This document shows positions 1-13,505 of a stretch of DNA of 64,000 nucleotides, piece by piece. The stretch lies in NCBI GenBank assembly GCA_002269645.1, contig NIVC01002456.1, positions 664 to 64,663 of the forward strand. The letters run 5' to 3'. The notes below the pieces were generated by a model, which saw only the letters and a list, made by a program, of their open reading frames with translations, was not told the DNA's origin and did no database searches. This stretch comes from Macrostomum lignano (Eukaryota). Numbering within the stretch: position 1 is the stretch's first letter; each line of letters starts with the position of its first letter. The translations under genes and the position numbers were made by a program.

Positions 1-3000
1 CCTCGTTGCTGGTCTCCGTCACCACCTCGAAGATGTCTTGGAAGTCGCCGAATACCTTCTGGGCAATGAGGTGCACCACATCTGTGACCTCGTCGGATAC
101 CTGATTGATTTGGTTTTGTGGAAACTTCATCTCAATAGAGCTGCGATTGCCAAAAGAATCCGCCAACCCCATACTTTCACGTTGGTTCAAAGCCCCTTAA
201 TTCCCATGGACCGCCTACCACCCTCCCCGCCACTCTCACGGACCGGCCGATCCCATACGACCGCCACCCCACTCCTCAGCTTCCCGATAAAACCAAAATC
301 ATCCAACCTGCTCCAGAAATTGTTCCGCAGGCTGCTTCAGTTTGTTCAGAAACTCCTCCTTGTAGATTCGTTCAATTATTGGGAACACGTGATCGTAGGA
401 GGCGAGCTCGCGACCTCTCAAATCAGTGATTAGACGGGTCACCTGCTCGGGCGGCTGCCAATAGTGCGAGATGTGGCTGCGAGTGACCCAGCCTGAGTAC
501 GTGAATATAACAGTGTTGAAAATATGAACACACTTTTTGTTACTCCAACCAGACACCCGAGTCTATCATCTAATTTCTTACCTGGCCAAGCTCTATGAAT
601 CTGCTTCCCCAACTCTGTCCAGTGCTTTCTGCACTTGGCGTACAGGTGAAACCTGGCGTTCATCTCGCCCTGTGTTGCTATGGCCACGTCTTTGTTGAAG
701 TTGCTCAGCATCTCGAACAGGTAGCGCCGTTTCTCGTCTTTGGTCTCGGCGACCGGCTGGCCGAGACGCTGCAGCTCCTCCTGGAACTTCTTGCGCATCT
801 CCTGCGGGGTGGCAGGGAGGCTCTCGTGTGGAGCTTTGGGGAATGGGATTTTGATTGGGCAGGTGAGCTGTGTCGGGACCACTGAACACACAATTGACAG
901 TCACTGGCCTGGAGACTTCCTAGGCTTTACGACTCTGGGATTACAACACCCAGGTGTGCAGAAACCCTAGCTCAGCACACGAGAGTCTGGGGATCAGGAC
1001 CTCAGCACACGAGAGTCTGGGGATCAGGACCTCAGCACACGAGAGTCTTGGGATCAGGACCTCAGCACACACAAGTCTGGGGATCAGGACCTCAGCACAT
1101 GAGAGTCTGGAGATCAGGACCTCAGCACACGAGGGTCTGAGGATCAGGACCTCAGCACATGAGAGTCAGGGGATCAGGACCTCAGCACACGAGAGTCTGG
1201 GGATCAGGACCTAAACACACGAGAGTCTGGAGATCAGGACCTCAGCACACGAGAGTCTGGAGATCAGGACCTCAGCACACGAGAGTCTGGGGATCAGGAC
1301 CTCAGCACACGAGAGTCTTGGGATCAGGACCTCAGCACACGAGAGTCTTGGGATCAGGACCTCAGCACACACAAGTCTGGGGATCAGGACCTCAGCACAT
1401 GAGAGTCAGCGGATCAGGACCTCAGCACATGAGAGTCTGGGGATCAGGACCTCAGCACACACAAGTCTGGGGATCAGTACATCCAGAATTCTGCAGAATC
1501 CCTATTCACTCCCTCACCAGGATGTCATTCTGCAGCGTGCTGATGTTCCTCTTCACGGACTCAAACAGCTCCTCCGTCAGCTTGTCCGCCAGAGTCCGGA
1601 TGCCCACGGACTGCTCAGGCAGCTGGCTGAAGTGCCGGTGAGTCTTGAAGAAAGCCGCCTCGTTGGCCACCGACTCAGCCAGGGTGACGCCGTTGTTGAG
1701 CTCCTCGGACTGCGGCACTTCACCATCACGTAGCCCTTCTTCAGCGGGATCTTCTCGTTGTTGGCGATCTTCAGCGTCTCCTGCTCCGCGCCCTTGTTCA
1801 CCATGTCCGGGCACGTGAGCACCCCGATGGTGCGCTCGCCCTGCGGGTCGGCCTCCTTAGCCAGTGACAGCGCCTCGACCGTCTCGATGTCCTGGTGGCA
1901 CGGCACCACCACCAGGATGAGCACCTGCGGCTGGCTGACGTACTTGGCGATGAGCGACTTGGTGATCTGAGCGATGCCAGAACCGCCTGTGGCAGAGTAC
2001 CTGAGGGTGCAGAGGGTCTCTGCGTCATCCGTCTGTCTGTCTGTCTGTCTGTCTGTCTGTGTGTCTGTCTGTATGCCTGTCTGTCCGTCTCACCTGGCGA
2101 TGCCCGGCAGGTCAATCAAGGTCAGGTCGGGCACATCCGGTCCCTTGATCGCCAGGTCAATCTGCTCACTCGAGATCTCGTTGTCTCCGTGCGTCATCCG
2201 CTGCTGGGCCTCCCTCACGGCTCCGTCCACTTCCCCAGGCGAGTTGAGCTCCTTGTCCACCTTGTGCCCGTTGACGTCCTTGTAGCTGATGCGACCGTGC
2301 CACGGCGCCTCTGGGTCGGCGTTCCACTGCATGGACAGCTGCAGGGCGCAGCGGGTGACCATGCCGGTGCCGCGGGGAAATTCCACGCCCGAGATGGCCT
2401 CCAGCACCGAGGACTTGCCCACCGACTGGTCGCCCACCACCGCCACCATGGGCAGCTTGAGGTCGCTCTGCAGGCCGTGGGAGCGCAGCTCGTCGATGCG
2501 GTTCAGCACCGGCCGGATGCGCTGGCGGAAGGCCGAGGACAGCGCCGGCAGCTCGTCGTGCTGGTCGCCTGCATCACCGTCAGGACCGACGGCGGAGCCG
2601 TTCATGTGGCTGGGAGTTGTGGGATTCGGTTCGGGATTTCTGGGGATTTTTGAAGCTGATCTGGGGTTCTGAGTGCGGTAGGAAGATTGGAGAATGCTCT
2701 GGAGTTTTATTATTGGGACTAGTTAGGAGGATTTGGGTTTATTTTGGGATTTATGGTGATTTTGGGATCAACTGGGACTATTTGGGATTAGTTTGGACTA
2801 TATGGGATGAGATGGGACAATTTTGGATCAATTGGGACTGTTTGGGATTAGTTGGGACTATATAGGATATCTTGGGACTATTTGGGATTAGTTTGGACTA
2901 TTTGGAATCATCTGGGACAGTTTGGGGATCAGCTGGGACTATTTGGGATCAGTCGGGACTTTTTTGGGATCAGCTGGCTCACGAGTCCTGGAGCTCCTGG

Positions 3001-3240
3001 ATGCCCGACGGCGACGGCAGCTGGCTGTTGAGCTGCTCCTGAAGTGCCTCCTGAACATCAGGCTGGGCACCGCCGCTCGGACTGAGCAGCTCGCTGGGCG
3101 GTCTCGATTTCTTCTTTCGCTGGCGTCTGATAAAGCAAGTGCAGTATAATTTTACAGTAAATGACTGTGCAATACCCCACAAGTCTGAGTCCCAATGTAG
3201 ATCATGTTAATGCAAATTACCTTGAAGTTTCCAGACTCAT
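1..3240 (-). CDS. Mx: Mx-like dynamin-superfamily large GTPase (3' part beyond left edge; one frameshift)
   Basis: Phase-consistent GT-AG exons 3240-3221, 3126-2983, 2609-2094, 2000-1518, 801-582, 492-308, 100-<1. Motifs LPMVAVVGDQSVGKSSVLEAISG (G1), FPRGTGMVTR (G2), DLTLIDLPGIAR (G3), RTIGVLTCPD (G4), GYVMVKCR, and stalk motif RGRELA..F resemble Mx proteins. Exon 4 is 483 nt where phases require 484 (missing base near 1706). Confidence 0.92.
971..1477. repeat. 30-bp minisatellite (ctcagcacacgagagtctggggatcaggac), ~17 copies, in Mx intron
   Basis: Direct tandem periodicity; lies between exons 1518 and 801. Confidence 0.95.
2020..2090. repeat. (GTCT)n microsatellite in short Mx intron
   Basis: Visible tandem GTCT units between the donor (2093) and acceptor (2001). 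Confidence 0.9.
2740..2975. repeat. Degenerate ~21-bp repeat (tttgggactatttgggattag) in Mx intron 2
   Basis: Recurrent gggact/gggatt units. Confidence 0.75.
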
Positions 3241-4024
3241 ATTGCACAGTAATATTATATTTTACTGTTATAATCCTACTGATATTCTATACTAACTTTA
3301 GCAGAATTTCTACAACTTTGCCGATTCACTATGCCCCGAAGACTTTTATAGTAGGCCAAGAGGAGGGGGCTCCGCAATTTCCAAGAAATTCCACGTCAGC
3401 AGGGGATCAGTTGAAATGTATAGAGGCTGAGATCAACTGTTCTGGTAAGCAATGTACTTTTAATATAGTTAGTGTACAACTGAATCCTGCATGTACAGAG
3501 GGGAAGCTTTAACTGTCTGAAGTGGATTGTACAAGCAAAGCTTGACTAACCTTCAGCTGCCATAACTTTTCATCACGTGAAGCGATTGACTTTAAAATGG
3601 ACAAAATAAATTATTGACTCATTGTCTGTGGGAATATGAAGTCTCAAATTTGTAACTCAATCAGAATGGAGACTGTAAGCAAGTGAAGCTTGGCTGTTTT
3701 TTTGGTTTTGGGCTGCCCACTCACTCATTTCCCCAGAAGGATGCATAGGTCTCAGTGTACACGGAAACGTACAGTGTTTTGGAGTAACTTACCCTCATCT
3801 GCGGTATTCTCTGCATTGCCCCAGTGCAATGTACGCGCTACGGGTAGCTAAAGACAGGTACCCGTACAGTGCAGATAATTCATCCAATTTCCTGGAAAAA
3901 ATACACAGCAAAACAAGGAAAATATTATTTAAAAAATGAATTTTTCACTACATAGCTCTATAAATGTAAAATAAAACAGCAACAACAAAATACTTTGTCA
4001 GTTAAGCAAGTCTTCAAAGGCAAA

Positions 4025-6920
4025 AACCTTTTGTCACAGGGCGCGGTTCAGGGCCTGGGTGCAAGCGAACGTAGGCTGCACCGCTGACAGTAGGGTTCAC
4101 AAAATCCAGGATTCTGTCAATCCCGGGATTGATATTTTTCCAGTAGCATCCTTGTCGTAACATTGTTACGACAGCTAAAGGGGTAATGCTAGTCTGGTAA
4201 TATAATATATATAGACTATCTAATATATATCACTGTCATTATTGATTACTATGCAAAGCAATATGAATGTATATACATGTATTACATACTATGTACAGTA
4301 GTAGCACTAGCAGTATGCACATTGCAAAACAAATGCACATGACTCGTGGACGTGGTCGTGGAGTCGTTGGCCCGTGGCATGAGGCACACTCACAAGGAGT
4401 CACAAGGACTCACAGTCACAACACAAGTCACAACCTGAACCTACTACCGCCTGGGCATTCACGTTGTCACTTGTCAGTCTGGAGTCTGGACTCACGACTA
4501 CGAGTTCAAACTTTAAAATCAAATCTCAACTTTAAATTATTTAAACAAGACTAAAAACTCAAGCAGCATTAAAGACCTTACAAAGTGGGCAACGGAGAAT
4601 GGACATGTATGCGTGTATGTTCCATAGTTGAACTGTCATTTTATGATAAAATACTTGCTATTATATCAGACATTATAAAAACATAGCATTAACGTTCCGG
4701 GATTGAATCCCAACCCTGTGAATCCCGGGATCCCGGGATCCCGGAAAAAGCCCGGAATCCCGGGATTGTGACCCCTAGCTGACAGTGATCGGGGCGTCAG
4801 CCAGCAGCCAGTCGACGAAACGCCGAGTGCACGCCTGTCCTCGCCGGTAGGGCGCCTGCAGCGTCTGCAGCGGCCACCAGCTGCGGGCAGTACGACTCCT
4901 CTAGCTGGAGACGTCGACGGCGCAACGTCGACGGCGGCTCGAGCGAATCCGACAGCGTCCAGCAACAGACTGTACAGCAGCACGGTCTCGATCAACGCCT
5001 AGAACAACGCCGCCCTCTGGCGGTCGGGCGGGGCCTTGGACTGCAGGACAGCCCTCACAGAACGGAAGGCAGCCCAGGCAAGTCTGCGGCGGCGTCGCAG
5101 ATCCTCCCGAACGTCAGGCATCAGACCGCCGAGGTAGACGAACTGCTGACAGCACAGAAGCTTCGTCACCTGTCCATCAGCGCCTCGGCAGAAAATTGCA
5201 GCCTCGATGTCGTCCGGCACGCAGAGCACGACGGTCTTCTGCGTGTTGACCACCAGGCCGACACTCGCCGCAACGCTCACCAACCGGTCCAGTTGTCGCT
5301 GGGCGCCGTTGACGGTCGAGGACAGCAGGGCGAGATCGTCGTCGTAGCCAAGCACGCTGAGCCGCCTCTCCGGTTGGCGTCGACCCTCGGGTCGCTGCAG
5401 CAGGAAGCCGTCATCTTTAGAAGGGAGAGCAGTCTACAGCACCCAGTCAAGTACCAGGACGAACAGGAAAGACGCAAGCGTATCTCATTGAAGCAGCCAA
5501 GAGGATGTCTCAAAGAAATCCGACAGGCCGTCCGGTGTTAGCACAGCATGTGCCATGATGCAGAGACATGACGGCGGAAATCAGCTGCTCTGGCAGGTTG
5601 TACGCACGAAGCACCATTGGGAGCACGGCCCTCACGACCGAGTTGAAAGCCTTCCAGAAGTCAATTAAGAGAAATATCAGGTTTGACTGGCGGGCCCGGA
5701 GTCTTCTGAGCGAGAATCACAACGTCGTCTGTGCCGACTGGTGCTACATTGAAACTCTCCTCTGCCGACAACGGCGTCCCCGGCGGCAGCCTCAGATCGT
5801 TAGGCAGCGGGGGCGGCACTTTGACGATGGCAGCGAAGAACTCGGGCAGCTCATTTCTGCGCTCATCTGGAGTGTCGCCAACAAGGTTGTGCGAGATGCG
5901 CCGCTTCCACCCCGTCAGAGCGTTGATGGGGGAGCAGGCCACGTGCCCTTTGGCGTCGGGTCCAGCGGCTCTGCCTTCGCTTGCCGAATCGCAGGGTCAT
6001 TCAGCCAGACCGGCTGCCTACGTTGGGCCGGTTGCATCAACGGGACTGCTTGCTCCGCCGCTGCTCTAACCGCGGCACTTATCTCTGTGTACTCGGCGCG
6101 CCCGCATCAAGCGCGCTGACGAAGGCACTAGCGAAATGGTGACGCGTCTGGGTGTCCTTGAGCGCACGGTAATAGCGTCGCGGTGGCCGCTTCGGCGAAC
6201 GGTAAAGCGGATCGCGTACACAGGTCGCAGACGAGTAGCCGACGGTCGGACCGCAGAGCCAGCGACGTGATGTTGCGGTACTTGACGGCGCGGCGGCGCT
6301 CACAATGCACCAGCACGTGATCGAGCTGTGCCTGCCTCCGCGGCACATTCCGGCCGCACGCATTCCTCTGCCACCGCTTGAAGCCCACGAAGATCGCGAG
6401 AGGTGGCTCGCGGAAGCGGGTGTTGGCCGACACCATGTCCTGCCTCTCCAGGAAGTCCTCCAGCGCTCCGGTGTTGCCGTTCTCGCGCGGTGTCACAAAC
6501 AGCGACCGCTCGGACCTTACGCAAAACTGCGTTCAGGTCTCTGAGGACGGCCACTGTGTCACGCTGCGCCGGCCCACCACCTGGGCCGAGAGCTGCTCGA
6601 AGACGTCTTGAGACTCGTCAGGACGGGTGGCAGGAGGCGCGTACGCGCAGAACAGGCGAGCGTTCCGGCCGCGAAGCCGCCGTCGACCCGCGCTCCAACT
6701 CCTCCACGGCCTTGTTGGTTCGCCGGCGTGTACCAGCGGGTGCAACCGGCGCTCAGGTCCTCACAGTGAATTCCCGGGTTGGACCTCTTGTAGCGAGATG
6801 ACATCGCATCTAAGGTCCAGCTGCGCCAACTGCGCCAACATGTTGAATATCTCGACTTGATTCTTGTTTGAGAAGGTGCGCAACAAGCTTGGCCCGTGTT
6901 CCCCCTACACCAGTCTCATT
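4025..6920 (-). mobile_element. Decayed, internally deleted non-LTR retrotransposon (APE + RT, RTE-like)
   Basis: Minus-strand fragments in shifting frames: endonuclease LAQLAQLDLRCDVISLQEV (~6830), GRGGVG, FCAYAP, AVLRDLNA, QLDHVLV. RT: LIDFWKAFNSV (~5660), LQ*DTLASFLFVLVLDWVL, VLGYDDDL (YADD box altered), FVYLG. Stops and frameshifts; early RT subdomains missing near 5690. Confidence 0.88.
4091..4777. mobile_element. Non-autonomous hAT-type MITE nested in the LINE 3' end
   Basis: 8-bp target-site duplication GCTGACAG at 4083-4090 and 4778-4785. Imperfect TIRs TAGGGTTCACAAAATCCAGGATT / (rc) TAGGGGTCACAATCCCGGGATT. Subterminal CCCGGGAT repeats. An 8-bp TSD is typical of hAT. Confidence 0.88.
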
Positions 6921-7419
6921 TTTGGCAGCTTTTTAGTAAAATTGACGCTCTATGGATTATTTGTCGCGTTTTCCAATACTACTGTAACTGCTGAGTAGTA
7001 CAGCAGACATTTTTTGCCACTTAGTTTGAGATGCGCAAAATTGGAATTCTCTATTGACAATTTCAATATAGACCGGGCCGTTCTCTACGCAGTAAAACAA
7101 ATAATCAATTTAGCTTGTATAGTTGTAGAATCTCTGGTGTGTCTTTCCATGTAGTAAGATTTTACTAGCCTATATGAAATCTGCGTAAGCCCAGCGCGTT
7201 GTTCCATGACTAATCTCAACACAGTACTCGCACTGTGTTCCCTAACACTCCAGCTGTGTGGTCTGTGGCTGCTGGCTGCCACTGCACACTAATTAAATAA
7301 CAAAATAAGATGCCCGCATGCATTGTACCCTCGGTTCAGGGCTTCAGCAGTTACTGAAGCGTGCACTCCGAACCTCATTGGTGAATCTGCTTTTAGATAG
7401 ATAAAATCTATTTAGATAG

Positions 7420-7933
<514 letters not shown>

Positions 7934-8724
7934 CTGATGGTACACTGTGTACTTTGATACCCCCGTCTCTGAGCCGATGCCAGCCGACCAGATACTGGTT
8001 CAGCATCTGCCGCACTCTTGCTAGTGCGAATGCACTCACAGTTCCTTTTGAGCTGTAATAGAGGAATAGTGCCCCATCTTTTTCTAGTCAGCTGTCTGTC
8101 ACCTTGCGCCAGTTCTAGGAAACCGTCTGTTAGTCATTCGTCACAACAGATAAACAGATTTGGAGGCTCACGAATAGGCTCAGACTCTCAACTGAATTAG
8201 TTTGGATGGTACTAACAGCAAGAAATGATTTAAGAATTAAAATTGTTAATCAGATCTGGTACTATAAAAGTAAAATTACAAATATTAAAATTTAGTTGGC
8301 TTGAGTGGAATTGCTGAGATGCCAGAGCTCACTGAGGAGATTTTCCCTCAATGTCGGCTATTTAATCAAAAGTACAGCCTTGACCTTTCTGTGCCACTAA
8401 CCAAAATCGAATTTCAGTTTCCATCTATCTCCCATCGCTTTCTCGCTTTTCAAGCCAACCTTTCTTCAATTCAATCATTATTTCAGTTGGTCTCTCTGAG
8501 TTCTTCCACTTGCTGTAATTTCTTCCAGAGGAGGGAGGGTAGGAGGCAGGACCCAACCAATGCAAGCAAAATTTCATTTCTTACTAGCAAAGAGGTGAAC
8601 TGGGATTTTCGAAAATCCAATCCATTAAGGGGTGGGGTGGGAGACGTCTTGGTCCTTTTTCTGTCACTCTCAAAAAGACATTGCGTGTGCCGAATTATAT
8701 GGAACTTAGAGATAGATTATCATT

Positions 8725-9647
8725 ACAGAGAATCTGTCAGTAGATTGTCAGCATTATAGAGAGACTCTGTCAGTATATTGTCAGAGAGAGACTCTGTCAG
8801 TAGATTGTCAGAGAGACTCTGTCAGTAGATTGTCGGAGAGACTCTGTCAGTAGATTGTCATCATTAGAGAGAATCTGTCAGTATATTGTCAGCATTAGAG
8901 AGACCCTGTCAGTAGTAGATTGTCAGCATTAGAGAATCTGTCAGTAGATTGTCAGCATTAGAGAATCTGTCAGTAGATTGTCAGCATTAGAGAGACTGTC
9001 AGTAGATTGTCAGCATTAGAGAGACTCTGTCAGTAGATTGTCAGCATTAGAGAATCTGTCAGTAGATTGTCAGCATTAGAGAGACTGTCAGTAGATTTTC
9101 AGCATTAGAGAGACTGTCAGTAGATTGTCAGCATTATAGAGAGACTCTGTCAGTAGATTGTCAGCATTAGAGAGACCCTGTCAGTAGATTGTCAGCATTA
9201 GAGACAATCTGTCAGTAGATTGTCAGCATTAGAGAATCTGTCAGTATATTGTCAGCATTAGAGAGACTATGTCAGTAGATTGTCAGCATTAGAGAGACTC
9301 TGTCAGTAGATTGTCAGAGAGACTATGTCAGTAGATTGTCAGCATTAGAGAGAATCTGTCAGTAGATTGTCAGCATTAGAGAATCTGTCAGTATATTGTC
9401 AGCATTAGAGAGACTATGTCAGTAGATTGTCAGTATTAGAGAGACTCTGTCAGTAGATTGTCAGAGAGACTATGTCAGTAGATTGTCAGCATTAGAGAGA
9501 CTCTGTCAGTAGATTGTCGGAGAGACTCTGTCAGTAGATTGTCAGCATTAGAGAGACTCTGTCAGTAGATTGTCGGAGAGACTCTGTCAGTAGATTGTCG
9601 GAGAGACTATGTCAGTAGATTGTCAGAGAGACTCTGTCAGTAGATTA
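8725..9647. repeat. ~31-bp variable minisatellite (ctgtcagtagattgtcagcattagagagact)
   Basis: Direct tandem periodicity with length variants. Confidence 0.93.
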
Positions 9648-9684
9648 TACGGCTGGCCTATCCAGCGAGTAACTCATGAAAATG

Positions 9685-9732
9685 AGTGACGCACCAATCA
9701 GCCAATGAGAGGCAACCAAGCAACGATTGGCT
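9685..9732. promoter_or_regulatory. Putative promoter element cluster: TGACGCA plus CCAAT boxes
   Basis: tgacgcaccaatcagccaatgag...gattggctg within ~45 bp, between the divergent Mx (-) and membrane-protein (+) genes. Motif match only. Confidence 0.35.
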
Positions 9733-9973
9733 GCCCTTGTACCCAAATAAGTTGCAGTCTCAATGTCGAGTCGCTGAATTGCTAAAACAATCTCTGTAAA
9801 ACAAGTTGGCGAACAATTTTTTTATTATAAATTTCTTTTGATCGGCAAGACAGTCGCTTAAATCCTTTGGTGAGCAATAGCGTTGTTTATAATAAAGTTT
9901 TAGTTTAATAATTACAAATAGTGTAAATGCACCCTGACATCCTGCTTCTGACACCTTTACGAGTATAACACCT

Positions 9974-10112
9974 CTGACATCCTCATAGTAGATTTCTGAC
10001 ATCCTCATAGTAGATTTCTGACATCCTCATAGTAGAGTTCTGACATCCTCGTAGTAGATTTCTGACATCCTCATAGTAGAGCCCTGACATTCTAAAGCTA
10101 GAGCTCTGACAT
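9974..10112. repeat. 22-bp minisatellite (ctgacatcctcatagtagattt), ~6 copies
   Basis: Direct periodicity. Confidence 0.85.
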
Positions 10113-10726
10113 GCTCATAAAAGCTTATTAATCGACCAAACTCACATCAAAGAAGGCAAGCAAGAAAAAACAGAATATCGCAACTGAAAAGAGTGCATTA
10201 ATTTATGCAATACTAACGGCTGAGATTGAGCGGGTGCGCATTCTAGAAAAAGAGAACTGCATCCCCACATTTTGCCATTTTTAATACGAGTATCGACTAA
10301 GAAGCAAAAGATAATCGATAGGCTAGCTTAGCTTTACCGGGCTCTACTAATAGTCAAACAGACCCACCTGCTTCTAATTCCTTTCTGCCTACGCCCACTC
10401 AAAGTTAGGTAGAAAAGGAAAGAGTAGGAGGAGCCAAGGATGAAAAAGCAGTCCAACTATACGCTATAAAAACTTCTCGAAAGCTTGTACAAAATGGCCG
10501 GGTGGAGGCCGAAGTTGCGTGACTGGGTAATGGGTGCATGTGGTTGCGCCAGTTCGGGGAACCTTTGAATAGAGATAGAGAATAGAGAAATTACTATATA
10601 CTAATTTTCGTATCGATTTGGATATCTGAATCTGCACTATTAAGCCTTGCTGGCTTCATTACTTCTGCTTGTTGCATCGGATTCACGTCTACCTGTAGGT
10701 CGCCACATTTGTTTGTTTGATGCTCA

Positions 10727-11327
<601 letters not shown>

Positions 11328-11457
11328 TCATCAAACAGAAATCTGATAAAAGACAAGCCAAGCTCTTTCTTCCTCGGACCATCCTTCTCGCTTTAATATT
11401 CCGTTTTTGTCTCCTTTTTGAGAAGCAACCTGTGCATGCCAGTATAAGAGTACTTGG

Positions 11458-11988
11458 ATGCAACCGTCTCCACCGATGCCCCAAAAAATCCAGCTACCCA
11501 AAATTTCCAGCCCCTCTACAGCACGCATGAGGCGACATCGGTCGAGCCAGCTCAAGCGGCTGATCTCTGTCTGCCACTGCCACCTGCTGCTGCTGCTGCT
11601 CCGCACCCCAACAACCGCAGCAAACAAGCCCCTAGAAGCAGCAACCAGCCCGACCCAATCGCCATCGATTAAGCAGTTAAAACTCGACGCCGGTAAGACA
11701 ACGCAAAACTACCAACGGGAAGATTTAGAGGACGATGCTGGTCACAAAGACTTCATCTTTGTTGTCGGGTTCCTCTGCTTAGCCAGCTTCGGCTTCGTCG
11801 CTTTGGTGGCGTTCTGCACTCGCTACGCAGCCTCGAAGTCCGACCGGCAGGCGGAACGCTACATGAGAGACGTGGCCGAGAGACGAAGAATCAGCGCCGA
11901 GGCGACCGCGGCGGCGTCCGTCAACAAGCGCGACGCTCATGCCGTCGCCCTAGTGCCAAGGATCACTGTGGACGCGAGCTCCGTCTGA
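11458..11988 (+). CDS. Uncharacterised small single-pass membrane protein (153 aa from ATG 11527 or 176 aa from ATG 11458)
   Basis: Non-repetitive GC-rich ORF. Signal-peptide-like [21 protein letters not shown], short Ser/Thr/Pro-rich ectodomain, TM helix [22 protein letters not shown], charged tail. A pyrimidine tract + AG at ~11422 lies upstream. No family recognised. Confidence 0.7.
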   Translation: MQPSPPMPQKIQLPKISSPSTARMRRHRSSQLKRLISVCHCHLLLLLLRTPTTAANKPLEAATSPTQSPSIKQLKLDAGKTTQNYQREDLEDDAGHKDFIFVVGFLCLASFGFVALVAFCTRYAASKSDRQAERYMRDVAERRRISAEATAAASVNKRDAHAVALVPRITVDASSV

Positions 11989-12045
11989 GCTCCATACATG
12001 TGTACTCGGTTGCACCACTGACAATAAGTTAACTGCGTCTCTTGC

Positions 12046-13505
12046 TTACATGTAATTGTCTGTATGGCATATTGTCTGTCTTACATGTAATTGTCTGTAT
12101 GGCATATTGTCTGTCTTACATGTAATTGTCTGTATGGCATATTGTCTGTCTTACATGTAATTGTCTGTATGGCATATTGTCTGTCTTACATGTAATTGTC
12201 TGTATGGCATATTGTCTGTCTTACATGTAATTGTCTGTATGGCATATTGTCTGTCTTACATGTAATTGTCTGTATGGCATATTGTCTGTCTTACATGTAA
12301 TTGTCTGTATGGCATATTGTCTGTCTTACATGTAATTGTCTGTATGGCATATTGTCTGTCTTACATGTAATTGTCGGTATGGCATATTGTCTGTCTTACA
12401 TGTAATTGTCTGTATGGCATATTGTCTGTCTTACATGTAATTGTCTGTATGGCATATTGTCTGTCTTACATGTAATTGTCTGTATGGCATATTGTCTGTC
12501 TTACATGTAATTGTCTGTATGGCATATTGTCTGTCTTACATGTAATTGTCTGTATGGCATATTGTCTGCCTTACATGTAATTGTCTGTATGGCATATTGT
12601 CTGTCTTACATGTAATTGTCTGTATGGCATATTGTCTGTCTTACATGTAATTGTCTGTATGGCATATTGTCTGTCTTACATGTAATTGTCTGTATGGCAT
12701 ATTGTCTGTCTTACATGTAATTGTCTGTATGGCATATTGTCTGTCTTACATGTAATTGTCTGTATGGCATATTGTCTGCCTTACATGTAATTGTCTGTAT
12801 GGCATATTGTCTGTCTTACATGTAATAATCTGTATGGCAATATGCTATACAGGCAGACTGTATGGCATATTGTCTGCCTTACATGTAATTGTCTGTATGG
12901 CATATTGTCTGTCTTACATGTAATTGTCTGTATGGCATATTGTCTGTCTTACATGTAATTGTCTGTATGGCATATTGTCTGTCTTACATGTAATTGTCTG
13001 TATGGCATATTGTCTGTCTTACATGTAATTGTCTGTATGGCATATTGTCTGTCTTACATGTAATTGTCTGTATGGCATATTGTCTGTCTTACATGTAATT
13101 GTCGGTATGGCATATTGTCTGTCTTACATGTAATTGTCTGTATGGCATATTGTCTGTCTTACATGTAATTGTCTGTATGGCATATTGTCTGTCTTACATG
13201 TAATTGTCTGTATGGCATATTGTCTGTCTTACATGTAATTGTCTGTATGGCATATTGTCTGTCTTACATGTAATTGTCTGTATGGCATATTGTCTGTCTT
13301 ACATGTAATTGTCTGTATGGCATATTGTCTGTCTTACATGTAATTGTCTGTATGGCATATTGTCTGTCTTACATGTAATTGTCTGTATGGCATATTGTCT
13401 GTCTTACATGTAATTGTCGGTATGGCATATTGTCTGTCTTACATGTAATTGTCTGTATGGCATATTGTCTGTCTTACATGTAATTGTCTGTATGGCATAT
13501 TGTCT
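12046..13505. repeat. 35-bp homogeneous minisatellite (ttacatgtaattgtctgtatggcatattgtctgtc), ~41 copies
   Basis: Near-identical units, one interruption at ~12826-12860. Confidence 0.97.

Noticed and set aside
3793-3816. Alternative coding first exon MQRIPQMR for Mx
   Set aside because: Phase 0 does not fit the first AG of exon 2 (phase 2), whereas 3240-3221 fits exactly; it may still be a UTR exon.
4025-6920. Active retrotransposon or domesticated RT gene
   Set aside because: Multiple stops and frameshifts, a YDDD catalytic box, missing RT subdomains and a nested insertion.
8301-8759. 152-aa ORF (and similar short AT-rich ORFs at 3204, 15195, 46030, 61772)
   Set aside because: No domain similarity, no convincing splice context, and composition like the surrounding non-coding DNA.
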